Below are positions 8,129 to 18,209 of a stretch of DNA of 64,000 bases, in pieces. Each line of letters opens with the position of its first letter. Within the stretch, counting starts at the first letter, position 1. A program made the position numbers and the translations under genes. Source of the stretch: an uncultured Spirochaetales bacterium (GTDB taxonomy: Bacteria; Spirochaetota; Spirochaetia; Sphaerochaetales; Sphaerochaetaceae); contig CASFDW010000003.1 of NCBI GenBank assembly GCA_949293595.1, forward strand, positions 8,685 through 72,684. The letters are read 5' to 3'. The notes beneath the pieces were generated by a model. That model was not told where the DNA came from. It saw only the letters and a list, made by a program, of their open reading frames with translations, and did no database searches.

Positions 8129-10638
8129 CAGTCCTTGTTCCTTGCGTCGTCCAGCACGCTGTCCATCTTGCTTTTCTTCACCTTGCACGGCGATACGTGC
8201 CAGATGTCGTTCGCGTATTCGAGTATGGTCCTGTCAGAGCTGAACTTAGCGGATGCTGCGATGTTGAGGACGGCCTTTCTGTTCCATGCCTTCCTGTCGT
8301 CCCTGTAAAGCTTCTCCGCATCGGAATGCCTGTCGTGGTACATCCTGAGGTCCGCAAAATGGAAATACCTGTCCCCGTATTCGAAGAGCGCCTTCCTGAG
8401 CGGCTCGAAGATGCCCGGCTCGTGGATGTTGAAGTAATCCGATTCTATCAGTGCGATCATCGCCGATATCTCCTCGTCCTTGTCCACCCAGGCCTGCGGA
8501 TCGTAGCTCTTCCCGAGCTCCCTGATCTGATCTTCTGTGTGTCCGAAGATGAAGATGTTGTCCATGCCGACCTCTTCCGCCATCTCGACGTTCGCGCCGT
8601 CAAGCGTACCGAGAGTGAGCGCTCCGTTGCACATGAATTTCATGTTTCCGGTTCCTGAAGCCTCTGTTCCCGCCGTTGAGATCTGTTCGCTTATGTTCGT
8701 TGCAGGGATGATGTTCTCTGCCATCGTGACACGGTAGTTTGGCATGAAATACACCTGCAGCACCTTGTTCACCTGGCTGTCGCTGTTGATGACATTGGCG
8801 ATGTTGTTGATGAACTTGATGATGAGCTTCGCATTCACATATCCTGGCGCCGCCTTCCCCCCGAAAAGGAATGTCGTCGGGGGAAAACTTTCGAGATAGG
8901 CCCTGTCGTTTTTCATCCTGTTGTATATCATCAGTATGTTCAGGGCGTTCAGCAACTGTCTCTTGTATTCGTGGATCCTCTTGACCTGGACATCAAGCAG
9001 CATGTCGGGGTTGAGTATTATTCCGCAGTCCTTCTTGAGGAATTTTGCCGCATTCAGCTTGCATTCGTATTTGATCTTCGCGAAATCCTCGAGGAACGCC
9101 GGGTCGTCGGCATAAGCTCCGAGCTTCCTGATCTGTTCGAAATCCGTGATCCACCCGCTTCCTATCGTATCCGAAATCTTTTCTGCAAGCCTGGGGTTTG
9201 CATCAAGAAGCCATCTCCTCTGCGTTATGCCGTTTGTCTTGTTGTTGAACCTTTCGGGGTAGATGAGGTTGAATTCGGGGAACATCGATTTCTTGAGCAG
9301 CTCGCTGTGAAGCTCCGCGACCCCGTTTGTGCTGTGGCTTCCGATGATGGACAGGTTTGCCATGCGCACCATCTTCGGATTGGACTCCTCGATTATGGAC
9401 ACATTCGCGATCTTGTCGCTCTGCATCGGGAAGAAAGAAACGGCCTGCGAGATGAAACGCTGGTTGATCTCGTAGATGATCTGCATGTGGCGCGGAAGGA
9501 TCTTCTCGATCATTGGAAGCGCCCACTTCTCGAGAGCCTCCGGCATGAGGGTGTGGTTCGTGTATCCCATGGTCTTCACGGTTATGTCCCATGCCTCGTC
9601 CCATCCGAGCCCTTCCTGGTCGATGAGCAGCCTCATGAGCTCCGGGATCGCCAGCGACGGGTGTGTGTCATTCAGCTGGATTGCAGCCTTCGAGGGGAAA
9701 TCCTTCCAGGCTATTCCGTCCCTCTTTGTCCTCCTTATCGTGTCCTGGAGCGAACAGGATACAAAGAAGTACTGCTGCTTGAGCCTGAGCTCCTTTCCCA
9801 TGTAAAGCGTGTCGTTGGGGTAGAGTACCTGGGACAGTGTCTCCGCGTTTATCTTGTTTCTGACCGCTTCGGTGTAGTCGCCGCTGTTGAACTCCTCGAA
9901 CGAGAAACCTTCGGGGCTTGTCGCCGACCAGAGGCGGAGCGTGTTGATCGTCTTTCCACCGTATCCGACAATCGGTGTGTCATATGCAACGCCGTTGACC
10001 TGTTCGGCGGGTTCCCAGACGAAAATGTCCCTGCCGTTCTCCTTGAACTGCTTGACCTGACCTCCGAAATATACCGGATATACACGATCACGTCTCATGA
10101 TTTCCCATGGATTGCCGTCCTTGAGCCAGTTGTCCGGCTGTTCGGACTGCCATCCGTTTTTTATCTGCTGCTTGAAAATTCCGTAGTTGTACCGGATTCC
10201 GTATCCGAATGCCGGAATCTCGAGGGTTGCGAGAGAGTCCAGGAAGCAAGCTGCGAGCCTACCGAGCCCTCCGTTGCCCAGGCCCGCATCCGGTTCCTGG
10301 TCCCTTAATTCCTCCCAGTCGTAGCCGAGGCTCTTTAGAGCATCCTTGACCGGCTGCTCGAGACCGAGGTTGATGACGTTGTTCGTCATTGCACGGCCCA
10401 TGAGGAATTCTAGCGAGAGGTAGTAGACCCTTTTGCTGTTCCTGCTCCTCTGTGTCTTTCTCGACAGGTCCCACTGGTGGATGATCCTGTCCCGTATTGC
10501 AAGGCTTATAGCCTGGTATCTGGACTGATAGTCGGTGTGGTATACGTCGCTGTCCAAGCCGTACTTGAGCTGCTCTGCAAAGTCTTGTGCGATGTCCTTT
10601 GCCGTTTTGCCATAACGGGTCTTGATTTCGTTTGCCAT
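8128..10638 (-). CDS. glgP: glycogen/maltodextrin phosphorylase
   Basis: Carries the PLP-site motif EASGTGNMKFMCNGALTLGT. I moved the start to the ATG at 10638 (MANEIKTRYGK), which has an AGGAGA RBS. The track's 10728 start adds 30 implausible residues. Confidence 0.95.
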   Translation of the reverse strand: MANEIKTRYGKTAKDIAQDFAEQLKYGLDSDVYHTDYQSRYQAISLAIRDRIIHQWDLSRKTQRSRNSKRVYYLSLEFLMGRAMTNNVINLGLEQPVKDALKSLGYDWEELRDQEPDAGLGNGGLGRLAACFLDSLATLEIPAFGYGIRYNYGIFKQQIKNGWQSEQPDNWLKDGNPWEIMRRDRVYPVYFGGQVKQFKENGRDIFVWEPAEQVNGVAYDTPIVGYGGKTINTLRLWSATSPEGFSFEEFNSGDYTEAVRNKINAETLSQVLYPNDTLYMGKELRLKQQYFFVSCSLQDTIRRTKRDGIAWKDFPSKAAIQLNDTHPSLAIPELMRLLIDQEGLGWDEAWDITVKTMGYTNHTLMPEALEKWALPMIEKILPRHMQIIYEINQRFISQAVSFFPMQSDKIANVSIIEESNPKMVRMANLSIIGSHSTNGVAELHSELLKKSMFPEFNLIYPERFNNKTNGITQRRWLLDANPRLAEKISDTIGSGWITDFEQIRKLGAYADDPAFLEDFAKIKYECKLNAAKFLKKDCGIILNPDMLLDVQVKRIHEYKRQLLNALNILMIYNRMKNDRAYLESFPPTTFLFGGKAAPGYVNAKLIIKFINNIANVINSDSQVNKVLQVYFMPNYRVTMAENIIPATNISEQISTAGTEASGTGNMKFMCNGALTLGTLDGANVEMAEEVGMDNIFIFGHTEDQIRELGKSYDPQAWVDKDEEISAMIALIESDYFNIHEPGIFEPLRKALFEYGDRYFHFADLRMYHDRHSDAEKLYRDDRKAWNRKAVLNIAASAKFSSDRTILEYANDIWHVSPCKVKKSKMDSVLDDARNKD

Positions 10639-10878
10639 ATCTTCTCCTAATATTGTCCTTTCCGCTGGAAAGGGGTGAAAACAGTCTATTGTATAATAGA
10701 TAATTTTTTGCAATGTATTCAACTGCAAAAACGGTGTTAAATAAGATTATATTCCATGCGATGAGGAAAAAAGTGTTGGAAACATCGCTGTTGGACGATA
10801 TTAAGGACGTTTTCGGCGCATTCCGATCAGCAGCATGGGCAATTTTTTTCCATGAAAAGAAATTCGGATACACGGCTA

Positions 10879-10907
10879 TTGACAAATCATCCTGTCTTTG
10901 TTATTGT
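10879..10907 (+). promoter_or_regulatory. candidate sigma70-type promoter for tRNA-Thr/rpmG cluster
   Basis: TTGACA (10879-10884), a 17-nt spacer, then TATTGT (10902-10907), about 65 nt upstream of tRNA-Thr. Confidence 0.4.
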
Positions 10908-10973
10908 AGCTTTTGCATGTTTTGGCCGACATGGTTTTGGCCCATGCTTCCATGTTATGGAAAATCCGAAACC

Positions 10974-11046
10974 GCCCTTGTAGCTCAGTCGGTAGAGCAC
11001 CACCATGGTAAGGTGGGGGTCGCCGGTTCAAATCCGGCCGAGGGCT
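10974..11046 (+). tRNA. tRNA-Thr (anticodon GGU)
   Basis: Cloverleaf built by hand: acceptor GCCCTTG/CGAGGGC, D arm GCTC-AGTCGGT-AGAGC, anticodon stem CCACC/GGTGG with loop ATGGTAA, T arm GCCGG-TTCAAAT-CCGGC. CCA is not encoded. Confidence 0.9.
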
Positions 11047-11082
11047 CGAAAAGCAAAACGGTTTATACCGAGGAGATAGAAC

Positions 11083-11262
11083 ATGGCATCTAACAAGAAG
11101 AAAGGACCTGTAGAAAAAATAGCTCTTCAGTGCACAGAGTGTAAGCAGAAGAATTACACCACGGAAAAGAACCGCCGCAATACTCCGAACAAGCTTGAAC
11201 TTATGAAGTATTGCCCGTTCGAGCACAAGCACACCCTCCACAGGGAAACGAAAATCAAATAA
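11083..11262 (+). CDS. rpmG: 50S ribosomal protein L33
   Basis: 59-aa ORF below the track cutoff: [68 protein letters not shown]. Classical position before secE. Confidence 0.9.
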   Translation: MASNKKKGPVEKIALQCTECKQKNYTTEKNRRNTPNKLELMKYCPFEHKHTLHRETKIK

Positions 11263-11295
11263 GAAGGTTGATGCAGCCTGGTTCAAGGTTCGTAC

Positions 11296-11368
11296 AGGTC
11301 AATAGCTCCAATGGTAGAGCGGCGGTCTCCAAAACCGCATGTTGGGGGTTCGAGTCCCTCTTGGCCTG
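11296..11368 (+). tRNA. tRNA-Trp (anticodon CCA)
   Basis: Acceptor AGGTCAA/TTGGCCT, D arm GCTC-CAATGGT-AGAGC, anticodon loop CTCCAAA, T arm GGGGG-TTCGAGT-CCCTC. Confidence 0.9.
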
Positions 11369-11407
11369 TAGGACCCTTGAACCTTGTTGTTTATAAGGAA
11401 GTTAAGA

Positions 11408-11587
11408 ATGAAGAAGATTGGTAAGTATTTCAAGGAGTGCTTCTTGGAAATGAAAAAGGTTTCCTGGCCCTCCAAACAGGTTGTCCTGCAGTCCACTTGG
11501 GTTGTCATAGTTTCAACCATCATCTTCGCACTTGTTCTCGGCCTTGTGGATATTTTGCTCGGCCTTGGTTTGGATCTGTTGTTCTAG
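11408..11587 (+). CDS. secE: preprotein translocase subunit SecE
   Basis: 59 aa from the ATG at 11408 (MKKIGKYFKECFLEMKKVSWPSKQ...) with a single C-terminal TM helix. AAGGAAG RBS. Lies between rpmG and nusG. Confidence 0.85.
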   Translation: MKKIGKYFKECFLEMKKVSWPSKQVVLQSTWVVIVSTIIFALVLGLVDILLGLGLDLLF

Positions 11588-11596
11588 GAATTGCAA

Positions 11597-12169
11597 ATGG
11601 CTAAGGGTTGGTACGTAGTACATACATATTCAGGATACGAGCAGAAGATCGAGAGGATCATCAACAAGCTCAGACAGATGGATCCGGAGTTTGCGGTATA
11701 TTGCACAGGCGTCAACGTCCCCATGGAGACGGTCGAAACCCTGAATGACAAGGGTGAGAAGAAGATGGAGCTGCGCAAGGTCCTGCCGGGGTACATTCTT
11801 GTCGAACTCGATCTTGAAGAGTCCACCTGGCGCCAGGTAACAAGCAAGATCATCAGGATCCAGGGTGTGACTGGCTTCATCTCTGCAGATAAGTCAGGAC
11901 GTGCCATGCCCAACCCCCTTTCGCAGAGGGAGCACCGCTCGATTCTGGAGCGCACTGGTGAGCTTGCGCCTGAAAAGACTTTCCGTCCGAAGCAGGATTT
12001 CGTTGTTGGGGAGGAGGTTCTCGTGACATCGGGGCCGTTTGCTTCCTTCAAGGGGACTGTGGAGGAAATCGACCTTCAGAAGGGAAGACTCCGCCTTTCC
12101 CTGGAGATTCTTGGAAGATTCACACCGGTGGATGTGGATTTTTCGCAGGCGGAGAAGGTTGTCCAGTAA
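11597..12169 (+). CDS. nusG: transcription termination/antitermination factor NusG
   Basis: MAKGWYVVHTYSGYEQK N-terminus and a KOW motif region in the C-terminal part. The track start at 11591 is a TTG two codons upstream. Confidence 0.95.
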   Translation: MAKGWYVVHTYSGYEQKIERIINKLRQMDPEFAVYCTGVNVPMETVETLNDKGEKKMELRKVLPGYILVELDLEESTWRQVTSKIIRIQGVTGFISADKSGRAMPNPLSQREHRSILERTGELAPEKTFRPKQDFVVGEEVLVTSGPFASFKGTVEEIDLQKGRLRLSLEILGRFTPVDVDFSQAEKVVQ

Positions 12170-12330
12170 ATCGGACGGCTTTTGATTTTTGACATTTGTC
12201 AATTTAATGCATGATTACTCCCTTGCAATAGCAAGGTGGGAGCCTGATCGTATGACAGGCGTTAATACCAGCGCACGGCCCGAACAATTCCGGTCATCTC
12301 AGACCAGGCCGCGAGCGTAAGGAGAAAGAT

Positions 12331-12762
12331 ATGGCAAAGAAGAAGGTGACTGCAATCATCAAGTTGCAGTGCCCGGCACAGAAGGCCACTCCGGCACCAC
12401 CCATTGGTCCGGCACTCGGCCCTCATGGTGTCAGTGCCCCACAGTTCGTTCAGCAGTTCAATGACAAGACGAAGTCGTTCGAAGCTGGACTCATCATCCC
12501 TGTTGTCATTACGGTTTACCAGGACAAGAGCTTCACTTTCGAGCTCAAGACCCCTCCTGCCGCTGTCCTTATCAAGAAGGCTCTTGGCATCCAGACAGCC
12601 AGCGGAACACCGAACAAGGTGAAGGTCGGAAAGCTCACCGATGCCCAGCTTACTGAAATCGCAACCACAAAGATGCCCGACCTCAATGCAAACGACATCG
12701 ACGCTGCAAAGAGGATTGTCGCAGGAACAGCCCGCTCGATGGGTGTAGAGGTGGAGAAGTAA
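12331..12762 (+). CDS. rplK: 50S ribosomal protein L11
   Basis: 143 aa; [40 protein letters not shown]. Confidence 0.97.
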   Translation: MAKKKVTAIIKLQCPAQKATPAPPIGPALGPHGVSAPQFVQQFNDKTKSFEAGLIIPVVITVYQDKSFTFELKTPPAAVLIKKALGIQTASGTPNKVKVGKLTDAQLTEIATTKMPDLNANDIDAAKRIVAGTARSMGVEVEK

Positions 12763-12763
12763 G

Positions 12764-13459
12764 ATGAAAAGAGGTAAGAAATATCAGGAAGCCGTCAAGA
12801 AGATTGACAGAACCAAGGTTTACACCGTTGACGAGGCTGTGGCTCTCGTGAAGGAACTTGCATTCGCAAAGTTCCCCGAGACAGTCGAAGTGTCCGTCAA
12901 GCTCAACCTCAAGAAGAGTCAGTCCGTCAGGGATACCGTAGTGTTGCCGAACCAGTTCTCCGCCCAGAAGAAGATTCTCGTCTTCGCAAAGGGCGACAAG
13001 GCCAAGGAGGCCGAGGAGGCTGGAGCCGCATATGTCGGAGACAACGACCTCATCGAGAAAATCAGGGGTGGCTGGCTTGATTTCGATATCGCAGTCGCAA
13101 CACCTGACATGATGAAGGATGTCGGTAGGCTTGGACCGATCCTCGGAAGAAGGGGATTGATGCCGAACCCGAAGACACATACGGTCACCAACGACATCAA
13201 GGAAGCTCTTGCAGAGCTCAACAAGGGTCGTACCGAGTTCAGAAGCGATAAGACAGGTGTCGTGCACCTCGCTGTTGGCAAGGTGAACATGGATGCCGCA
13301 CAGATTGTTGAGAACACTCGTGTGACTGTTGATGAGATTGTCCGTAAGAGACCGAGCGACAGCAAGGGCGATTTCGTGCTTTCTGTTGCCCTCTCCTCCA
13401 CAATGGGCCCCGGTGTCCACGTGGATGTCAAAGATCTTCTGGCTGTGGCCAGCAACTGA
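12764..13459 (+). CDS. rplA: 50S ribosomal protein L1
   Basis: 231 aa; [26 protein letters not shown]. Follows rplK. Confidence 0.97.
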   Translation: MKRGKKYQEAVKKIDRTKVYTVDEAVALVKELAFAKFPETVEVSVKLNLKKSQSVRDTVVLPNQFSAQKKILVFAKGDKAKEAEEAGAAYVGDNDLIEKIRGGWLDFDIAVATPDMMKDVGRLGPILGRRGLMPNPKTHTVTNDIKEALAELNKGRTEFRSDKTGVVHLAVGKVNMDAAQIVENTRVTVDEIVRKRPSDSKGDFVLSVALSSTMGPGVHVDVKDLLAVASN

Positions 13460-13470
13460 GGAGGATTTGA

Positions 13471-14004
13471 ATGGACGATTACAAGACAAGAGTCACCCAG
13501 GCCAAGGAAGATGCCGTAAAGGCGCTCAGCGATGAGTTTGCCGGATACGACGGATATATCTTCACGAACTACAGGGGAATGACCGTTGCCCAGATCACCG
13601 AGATCCGCAAGGCTCTCAGGAAGGAGGATGCGGCCTATCGTGTTGTTAAGAACCGCTATGCCAAGATCGCTCTCAAGAACCTCGACAAGGGTGGGGCGGA
13701 AGAGCAGATGATCGGGCCGACGGCTGTCGCGCTCGCAAAGGGCGATACGGCCAACGTCGTTGCAAAGGTTCTTTTCCAGGCTGCAAAGGACAATGGAAAA
13801 CTTGAGGTGAAGGGCGCGCTCGTCAACGGGGAGTTGATGACCGCAGAGCAGATCGAGCAGCTTTCCAAGCTCCCGACCAAGCTCGAGCTTATCGCTTCCT
13901 TGATGGGAACGATGAAGGCGCCGGTCCAGAAGCTTGCTGCTACATTGCTTGCTTACGTGGAGTCGAAAGGTGGTGCCGCAGAAGCACCCGCGAATGCAGA
14001 ATGA
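13471..14004 (+). CDS. rplJ: 50S ribosomal protein L10
   Basis: 177 aa. Sits between rplA and rplL, only 11 nt after rplA. Confidence 0.93.
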   Translation: MDDYKTRVTQAKEDAVKALSDEFAGYDGYIFTNYRGMTVAQITEIRKALRKEDAAYRVVKNRYAKIALKNLDKGGAEEQMIGPTAVALAKGDTANVVAKVLFQAAKDNGKLEVKGALVNGELMTAEQIEQLSKLPTKLELIASLMGTMKAPVQKLAATLLAYVESKGGAAEAPANAE

Positions 14005-14070
14005 TACGGTTCTAGTCTACGAGTAACCTGCTAAACCGTTGAAAAAAAATTTTTATAAGGAGTAGATAAT

Positions 14071-14457
14071 ATGGCTACGAAAGAAGAAATCTTGGAATCC
14101 ATCGCCGCAATGAGCGTAATGGAAGTTTCTGAACTCATCAAGATGATGGAAGAGAAGTTTGGTGTACAGGCTGCAGCCGCTGCTGTCGCTGTTGCTCCTG
14201 GTGCCGCTGCCGCCGGCGAGGCTGCCGCAGAAGAGCCGACCGAGTTCAACGTCGTCCTCAAGAGCGTCGATGCTGCGAAGAAGATCGCCTGCATCAAGGA
14301 AGTCCGTGGCGTGACCGGCCTCGGCCTCAAGGAAGCAAAGGACCTCTGCGAGAACGGTGGTGTTCTTAAGGAAAACGTCAGCAAGGAAGAGGCTGCATCC
14401 ATGAAGGAGAAGCTCGAAGCTGCCGGCTGCGTTGTCGAAGTCAAGGCTGTAAACTAA
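14071..14457 (+). CDS. rplL: 50S ribosomal protein L7/L12
   Basis: 128 aa with an Ala-rich hinge ([22 protein letters not shown]) and C-terminal domain [17 protein letters not shown]. Confidence 0.97.
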   Translation: MATKEEILESIAAMSVMEVSELIKMMEEKFGVQAAAAAVAVAPGAAAAGEAAAEEPTEFNVVLKSVDAAKKIACIKEVRGVTGLGLKEAKDLCENGGVLKENVSKEEAASMKEKLEAAGCVVEVKAVN

Positions 14458-14475
14458 GCTTTTTCTGATTTGATA

Positions 14476-14524
14476 CCCGGGGTTGTTCCCCGGGAATATG
14501 CCATCGGAAGTTCTCCGGTGGCAT
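14476..14524 (+). other. two adjacent stem-loops in the rplL-rpoB spacer (possible attenuator/processing site)
   Basis: CCCGGGG-TTGTT-CCCCGGG (14476-14494) and ATGCCATCGG-AAGTTCT-CCGGTGGCAT (14498-14524). No U tract follows either. Confidence 0.4.
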
Positions 14525-14606
14525 AACGTGTCTATTCATATTTTGTTTTCATACAGGTACTTCGGTGCTGTTACGGGTGGAACATCCACCTTATGGAGGT
14601 ACATAC

Positions 14607-17600
14607 ATGGGTTCTAACGGAAAACCCTTGAAGAGAGTTGACATCGGTTCGGAATTGCCGGAAGTCTGCGAACTGCCGAATCTTATCGGCATACAGACTG
14701 ACTCCTATAAGAGATTCCTGCAGATTGAAAGGATTGAAAAGGGGCTTGCTCCCGATCCTGCTTTCGGTTTGGAGCATGTATTCCAGACCGTATTCCCCAT
14801 CAAGAGTCCCAGCGAGGACATGATGGTCACATACAACGGGTATACCGTTGACATGGAAGGGATCAAGTATTCCGAGAGCGAGTGCAAGAAGAAAGGCAGG
14901 ACATACGGAGTTCCGGTGAAGGCCAAGCTCGCGCTCCAGATGAAGAACGGAGAAATCAGGGAAAAGGAAATTTTCTTCGGTGATTTCCCGCTCATGACCG
15001 ACAGAGGCACATTTATCATAAACGGAGCGGAGAGGGTCATTGTTTCCCAGATCGTACGCTCCCCTGGCATTGTGTTCAAGGAAGGAAAGAAGAACGACGC
15101 ATCCTCCCTTTATTTTGGAACACTTTATCCGTATGCCGGTACGAAGCTTGAATTCGTGCTCACAAGAAAGAACGAAAAGGTTGACGCCAAGAAAGGCGAG
15201 ATGACGACAGCCCAGGAAAAGAAGAGGGTGAACAACATCATCCAGGTGAGCTTCGGCAAGAAGCCGTTCCTGGTGACATTCTTCCTCCGTGTCCTCGGCT
15301 TGGACACCAGGGAAAAGATCGTCAGCGCTTTCTATGCTCCCAAAACCATAAATACAAACGACGATTACACCGATCAGAAATTCTACCTGTACAGGGATGT
15401 CATGGATCAGGAAAGCGGAGAGCTCAGATTCTGTGCAGGTGATGAGGTCGCATCCATCGAACTCCATGAGCTCAGCGCCAGCGGAATCGGAAGCATCGAG
15501 GTTTGCGATGTCGCAGGAAAGGATATCGACCATCCCGAGCTCGCAGTGCTCAAGACACTTAGGCGCGAGCACATTCTCTGCCCTGCCTACAGGCATGAGG
15601 AAGGGGAGGAGTTCCAGAACCAGTATATCAACTGCATTGTGGAGGCGTGCAAGAATTCGCTTCCCCAGAATCTCAAGACATTCCCCGATCCTTCAAGGAT
15701 AATCAGCTATTTCCAGGACATGTTCCTTCATGCGAGGGGATTCGACCTCTCGAAGATCGGCCGCTACAAGCTTAACAAGAAATTCTATGGAATGGACGAG
15801 GAGAAGTATCAGACCAGCACCTCTCTGCTTCCCGAGGACGTCATAGAAACCGTTAAGAACCTTGCAATTTTCTGTGAGGGCGGCATGAAGGAGGACGATA
15901 TCGATGCTCTTGGAAACAGGAGGGTCAGAACCGTCGGAGAACTTCTTCAGAACAATATACAGGATGCGTTCTCCCGCATGGCGAAGACTGCAAGGGAAAA
16001 GATGAATGTGGCCGACGATACCGTCAAGCCCCAGGAAATCATCTCGATCAAGCCGATTGTCGGAGCCATAAAGGAATTCTTCGGTTCCTCGCAGCTGTCG
16101 CAGTTCATGGACCAGATCAACCCGCTTGCCGAGCTCACCCATAAGAGGAGGGTCAGCGCACTCGGCCCGAAGGGCGGTCTTTCCAGAAGCAGCGCCAGGG
16201 CCATCTACGAGGTACGTGACGTACACTACACACATTACGGAAGGATCTGTCCGATCGAGACGCCGGAAGGTTCCAACATCGGTCTTATCCTCTCTCTTGC
16301 AAACTATGCCCGTATCAACGAGCTCGGATTCCTGGAGACCCCGTACCGCAAGGTGGAGAACGGAATCGTGACCAACGAAGTCAGGTATCTGGATGCGAAC
16401 GACGAGGAAAGATGCAAGATAGCCCAGGGCAACGCAAGAATCGACGAAAACGGACATTTCCTCGAGCAGGAGGTGTCGATCCGTGAAAACGGTGATTATT
16501 CGACGGCAAGCCCCGAGGAGATCGACTGGATGGACGTGTCTCCCAAGCAGGTTGTATCCGTTGCGACGTCCCTTATCCCGTTCCTCGAGCATGACGATGC
16601 GAACCGTGCCCTCATGGGATCGAACATGCAGCGTCAGGCCGTACCTCTTGTGTTCCCGGAGGCACCCAGGGTTGGAACAGGAATGGAGCAGAGGACCGCG
16701 TATGATTCAGGCGTCCTGATCAAGGCGAAGCATGCTGGAATCGTCAAGTACGTGTCCTCCACAAGGATAGAGGTCGTACCGGATAATCCCGAAATCGAGG
16801 GAGAGGTCGATAAGTACGAGGTCCATAAGTTCGAAAGGACCAACCAGGACAGCTGTCTCAACCAGAAACCGATTGTCTATGTGGGCGACCATGTTGATGC
16901 CGGCGACGTGCTTGCGGACGGCCCTGCCACGCAGAACGGAGAACTTGCCCTCGGAAGGAACATCCTTGTAGGGTTCGTTCCATGGAACGGCTACAATTAC
17001 GAGGACGCCGTCCTCATCAGCGAGCGTGTCGTCAGGGAGGATATCTATACAAGCATCCATATCAAGGAGTTCAGCGTTGACATCAGGGATACCAAGCTCG
17101 GGCCTGAAAAGCTCACCCGTGACATTCCAAACACTTCGGAAAAGCTTATCGAGCACCTTGATGCGGACGGTATAGTCTGTATCGGAACTTATGTCCGCCC
17201 GGGCCACATCCTGGTTGGAAAGGTGACGCCCAAGAGCGAGGCGGACACGACCCCCGAGGTCAAGCTCCTCAACTCCATCTTCGGAGAGAAGGCCAAGGAG
17301 GTGAGGGATTCCTCGCTCAAGGTGCCGCACGGTACCGAGGGAACCGTCATCGATATCCAGCATCTGCAGAAATCGGACAAGGATGAGCTGCAGCCTGGAG
17401 TGGAACACACCATCAAGGTGTTGATAGCCACCAAGCGTAAGCTCAAGCAGGGCGACAAGATGGCGGGACGACATGGAAACAAGGGTGTTGTCTCCCGTGT
17501 CCTGCCTGTCGAGGATATGCCGTACATGGAAGATGGAACACCGCTGGATGTATGTCTCAACCCGCTCGGCGTTCCGTCTCGTATGAACATCGGACAGCTT

Positions 17601-18200
17601 ATGGAAACCCAGCTCGGATGGGCGGCCGTGAAAAACGACAAGTGGTACAAGACGCCGGTCTTCCAGAGCGCAAGCATGGAGCAGATCGAGCATGAGATGG
17701 AGGAGGCCGGACTTCCGAAGAACTCCAAGATAAAGCTCTATGACGGACGCACGGGAATCCCGTTTGTCAACGACGTCTTCTGCGGCTACATCTACTATCT
17801 CAAGCTGCATCACCTTGTCGATGATAAGATGCATGCCCGCTCGACCGGTCCTTATTCCCTTGTAACCCAGCAGCCGCTCGGTGGTAAGGCGATGTTCGGT
17901 GGCCAGAGACTCGGAGAGATGGAGGTTTGGGCATTCGAGGCGTACGGTGCGGCCAACACCCTTCAGGAGCTGCTCACGATCAAGAGCGATGACATGAAGG
18001 GAAGGGTGCAGATCTACGGATCGATCGTAAAGGGCGAGAGCACCAAGACGGCATCCATGCCGGAGGCGTTCAACGTGCTTGTCCAGGAGATCAGAGGTCT
18101 TGCACTGGATATTTCCGTATACGATGAGAATGAGAAGCAGGTTCCGCTCACCGAACGTGATGAGGAACTGATCACCAAGAAGGAAAAAGGTACTTTCTAG
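14607..18200 (+). CDS. rpoB: DNA-directed RNA polymerase subunit beta
   Basis: About 1197 aa from the ATG at 14607 (GGAGGT RBS 7 nt upstream). Conserved [11 protein letters not shown] and the C-terminal catalytic regions are present. The track start at 14565 is a GTG extension. Confidence 0.97.
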   Translation: MGSNGKPLKRVDIGSELPEVCELPNLIGIQTDSYKRFLQIERIEKGLAPDPAFGLEHVFQTVFPIKSPSEDMMVTYNGYTVDMEGIKYSESECKKKGRTYGVPVKAKLALQMKNGEIREKEIFFGDFPLMTDRGTFIINGAERVIVSQIVRSPGIVFKEGKKNDASSLYFGTLYPYAGTKLEFVLTRKNEKVDAKKGEMTTAQEKKRVNNIIQVSFGKKPFLVTFFLRVLGLDTREKIVSAFYAPKTINTNDDYTDQKFYLYRDVMDQESGELRFCAGDEVASIELHELSASGIGSIEVCDVAGKDIDHPELAVLKTLRREHILCPAYRHEEGEEFQNQYINCIVEACKNSLPQNLKTFPDPSRIISYFQDMFLHARGFDLSKIGRYKLNKKFYGMDEEKYQTSTSLLPEDVIETVKNLAIFCEGGMKEDDIDALGNRRVRTVGELLQNNIQDAFSRMAKTAREKMNVADDTVKPQEIISIKPIVGAIKEFFGSSQLSQFMDQINPLAELTHKRRVSALGPKGGLSRSSARAIYEVRDVHYTHYGRICPIETPEGSNIGLILSLANYARINELGFLETPYRKVENGIVTNEVRYLDANDEERCKIAQGNARIDENGHFLEQEVSIRENGDYSTASPEEIDWMDVSPKQVVSVATSLIPFLEHDDANRALMGSNMQRQAVPLVFPEAPRVGTGMEQRTAYDSGVLIKAKHAGIVKYVSSTRIEVVPDNPEIEGEVDKYEVHKFERTNQDSCLNQKPIVYVGDHVDAGDVLADGPATQNGELALGRNILVGFVPWNGYNYEDAVLISERVVREDIYTSIHIKEFSVDIRDTKLGPEKLTRDIPNTSEKLIEHLDADGIVCIGTYVRPGHILVGKVTPKSEADTTPEVKLLNSIFGEKAKEVRDSSLKVPHGTEGTVIDIQHLQKSDKDELQPGVEHTIKVLIATKRKLKQGDKMAGRHGNKGVVSRVLPVEDMPYMEDGTPLDVCLNPLGVPSRMNIGQLMETQLGWAAVKNDKWYKTPVFQSASMEQIEHEMEEAGLPKNSKIKLYDGRTGIPFVNDVFCGYIYYLKLHHLVDDKMHARSTGPYSLVTQQPLGGKAMFGGQRLGEMEVWAFEAYGAANTLQELLTIKSDDMKGRVQIYGSIVKGESTKTASMPEAFNVLVQEIRGLALDISVYDENEKQVPLTERDEELITKKEKGTF

Positions 18201-18209
18201 GAGGAGAGA

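Noticed and set aside
8128-10728. N-terminally extended starts offered by the ORF track for glgP (10728), rpoB (14565), tuf (24730), purD (53350), dus (54437), rlmB (51165), dnaJ (50075), rny (38788) and secE (11384).
   Set aside because: In each case an internal ATG preceded by a good AGGAG-type RBS gives the canonical conserved N-terminus. The extensions lack an RBS and add non-conserved residues or overlap upstream genes.
10713-11093. 126-aa ORF in the glgP/tRNA-Thr spacer.
   Set aside because: It reads straight through the tRNA-Thr gene and into rpmG, and has no RBS. The spacer is more simply explained as promoter regions for glgP and the tRNA/rpmG cluster.
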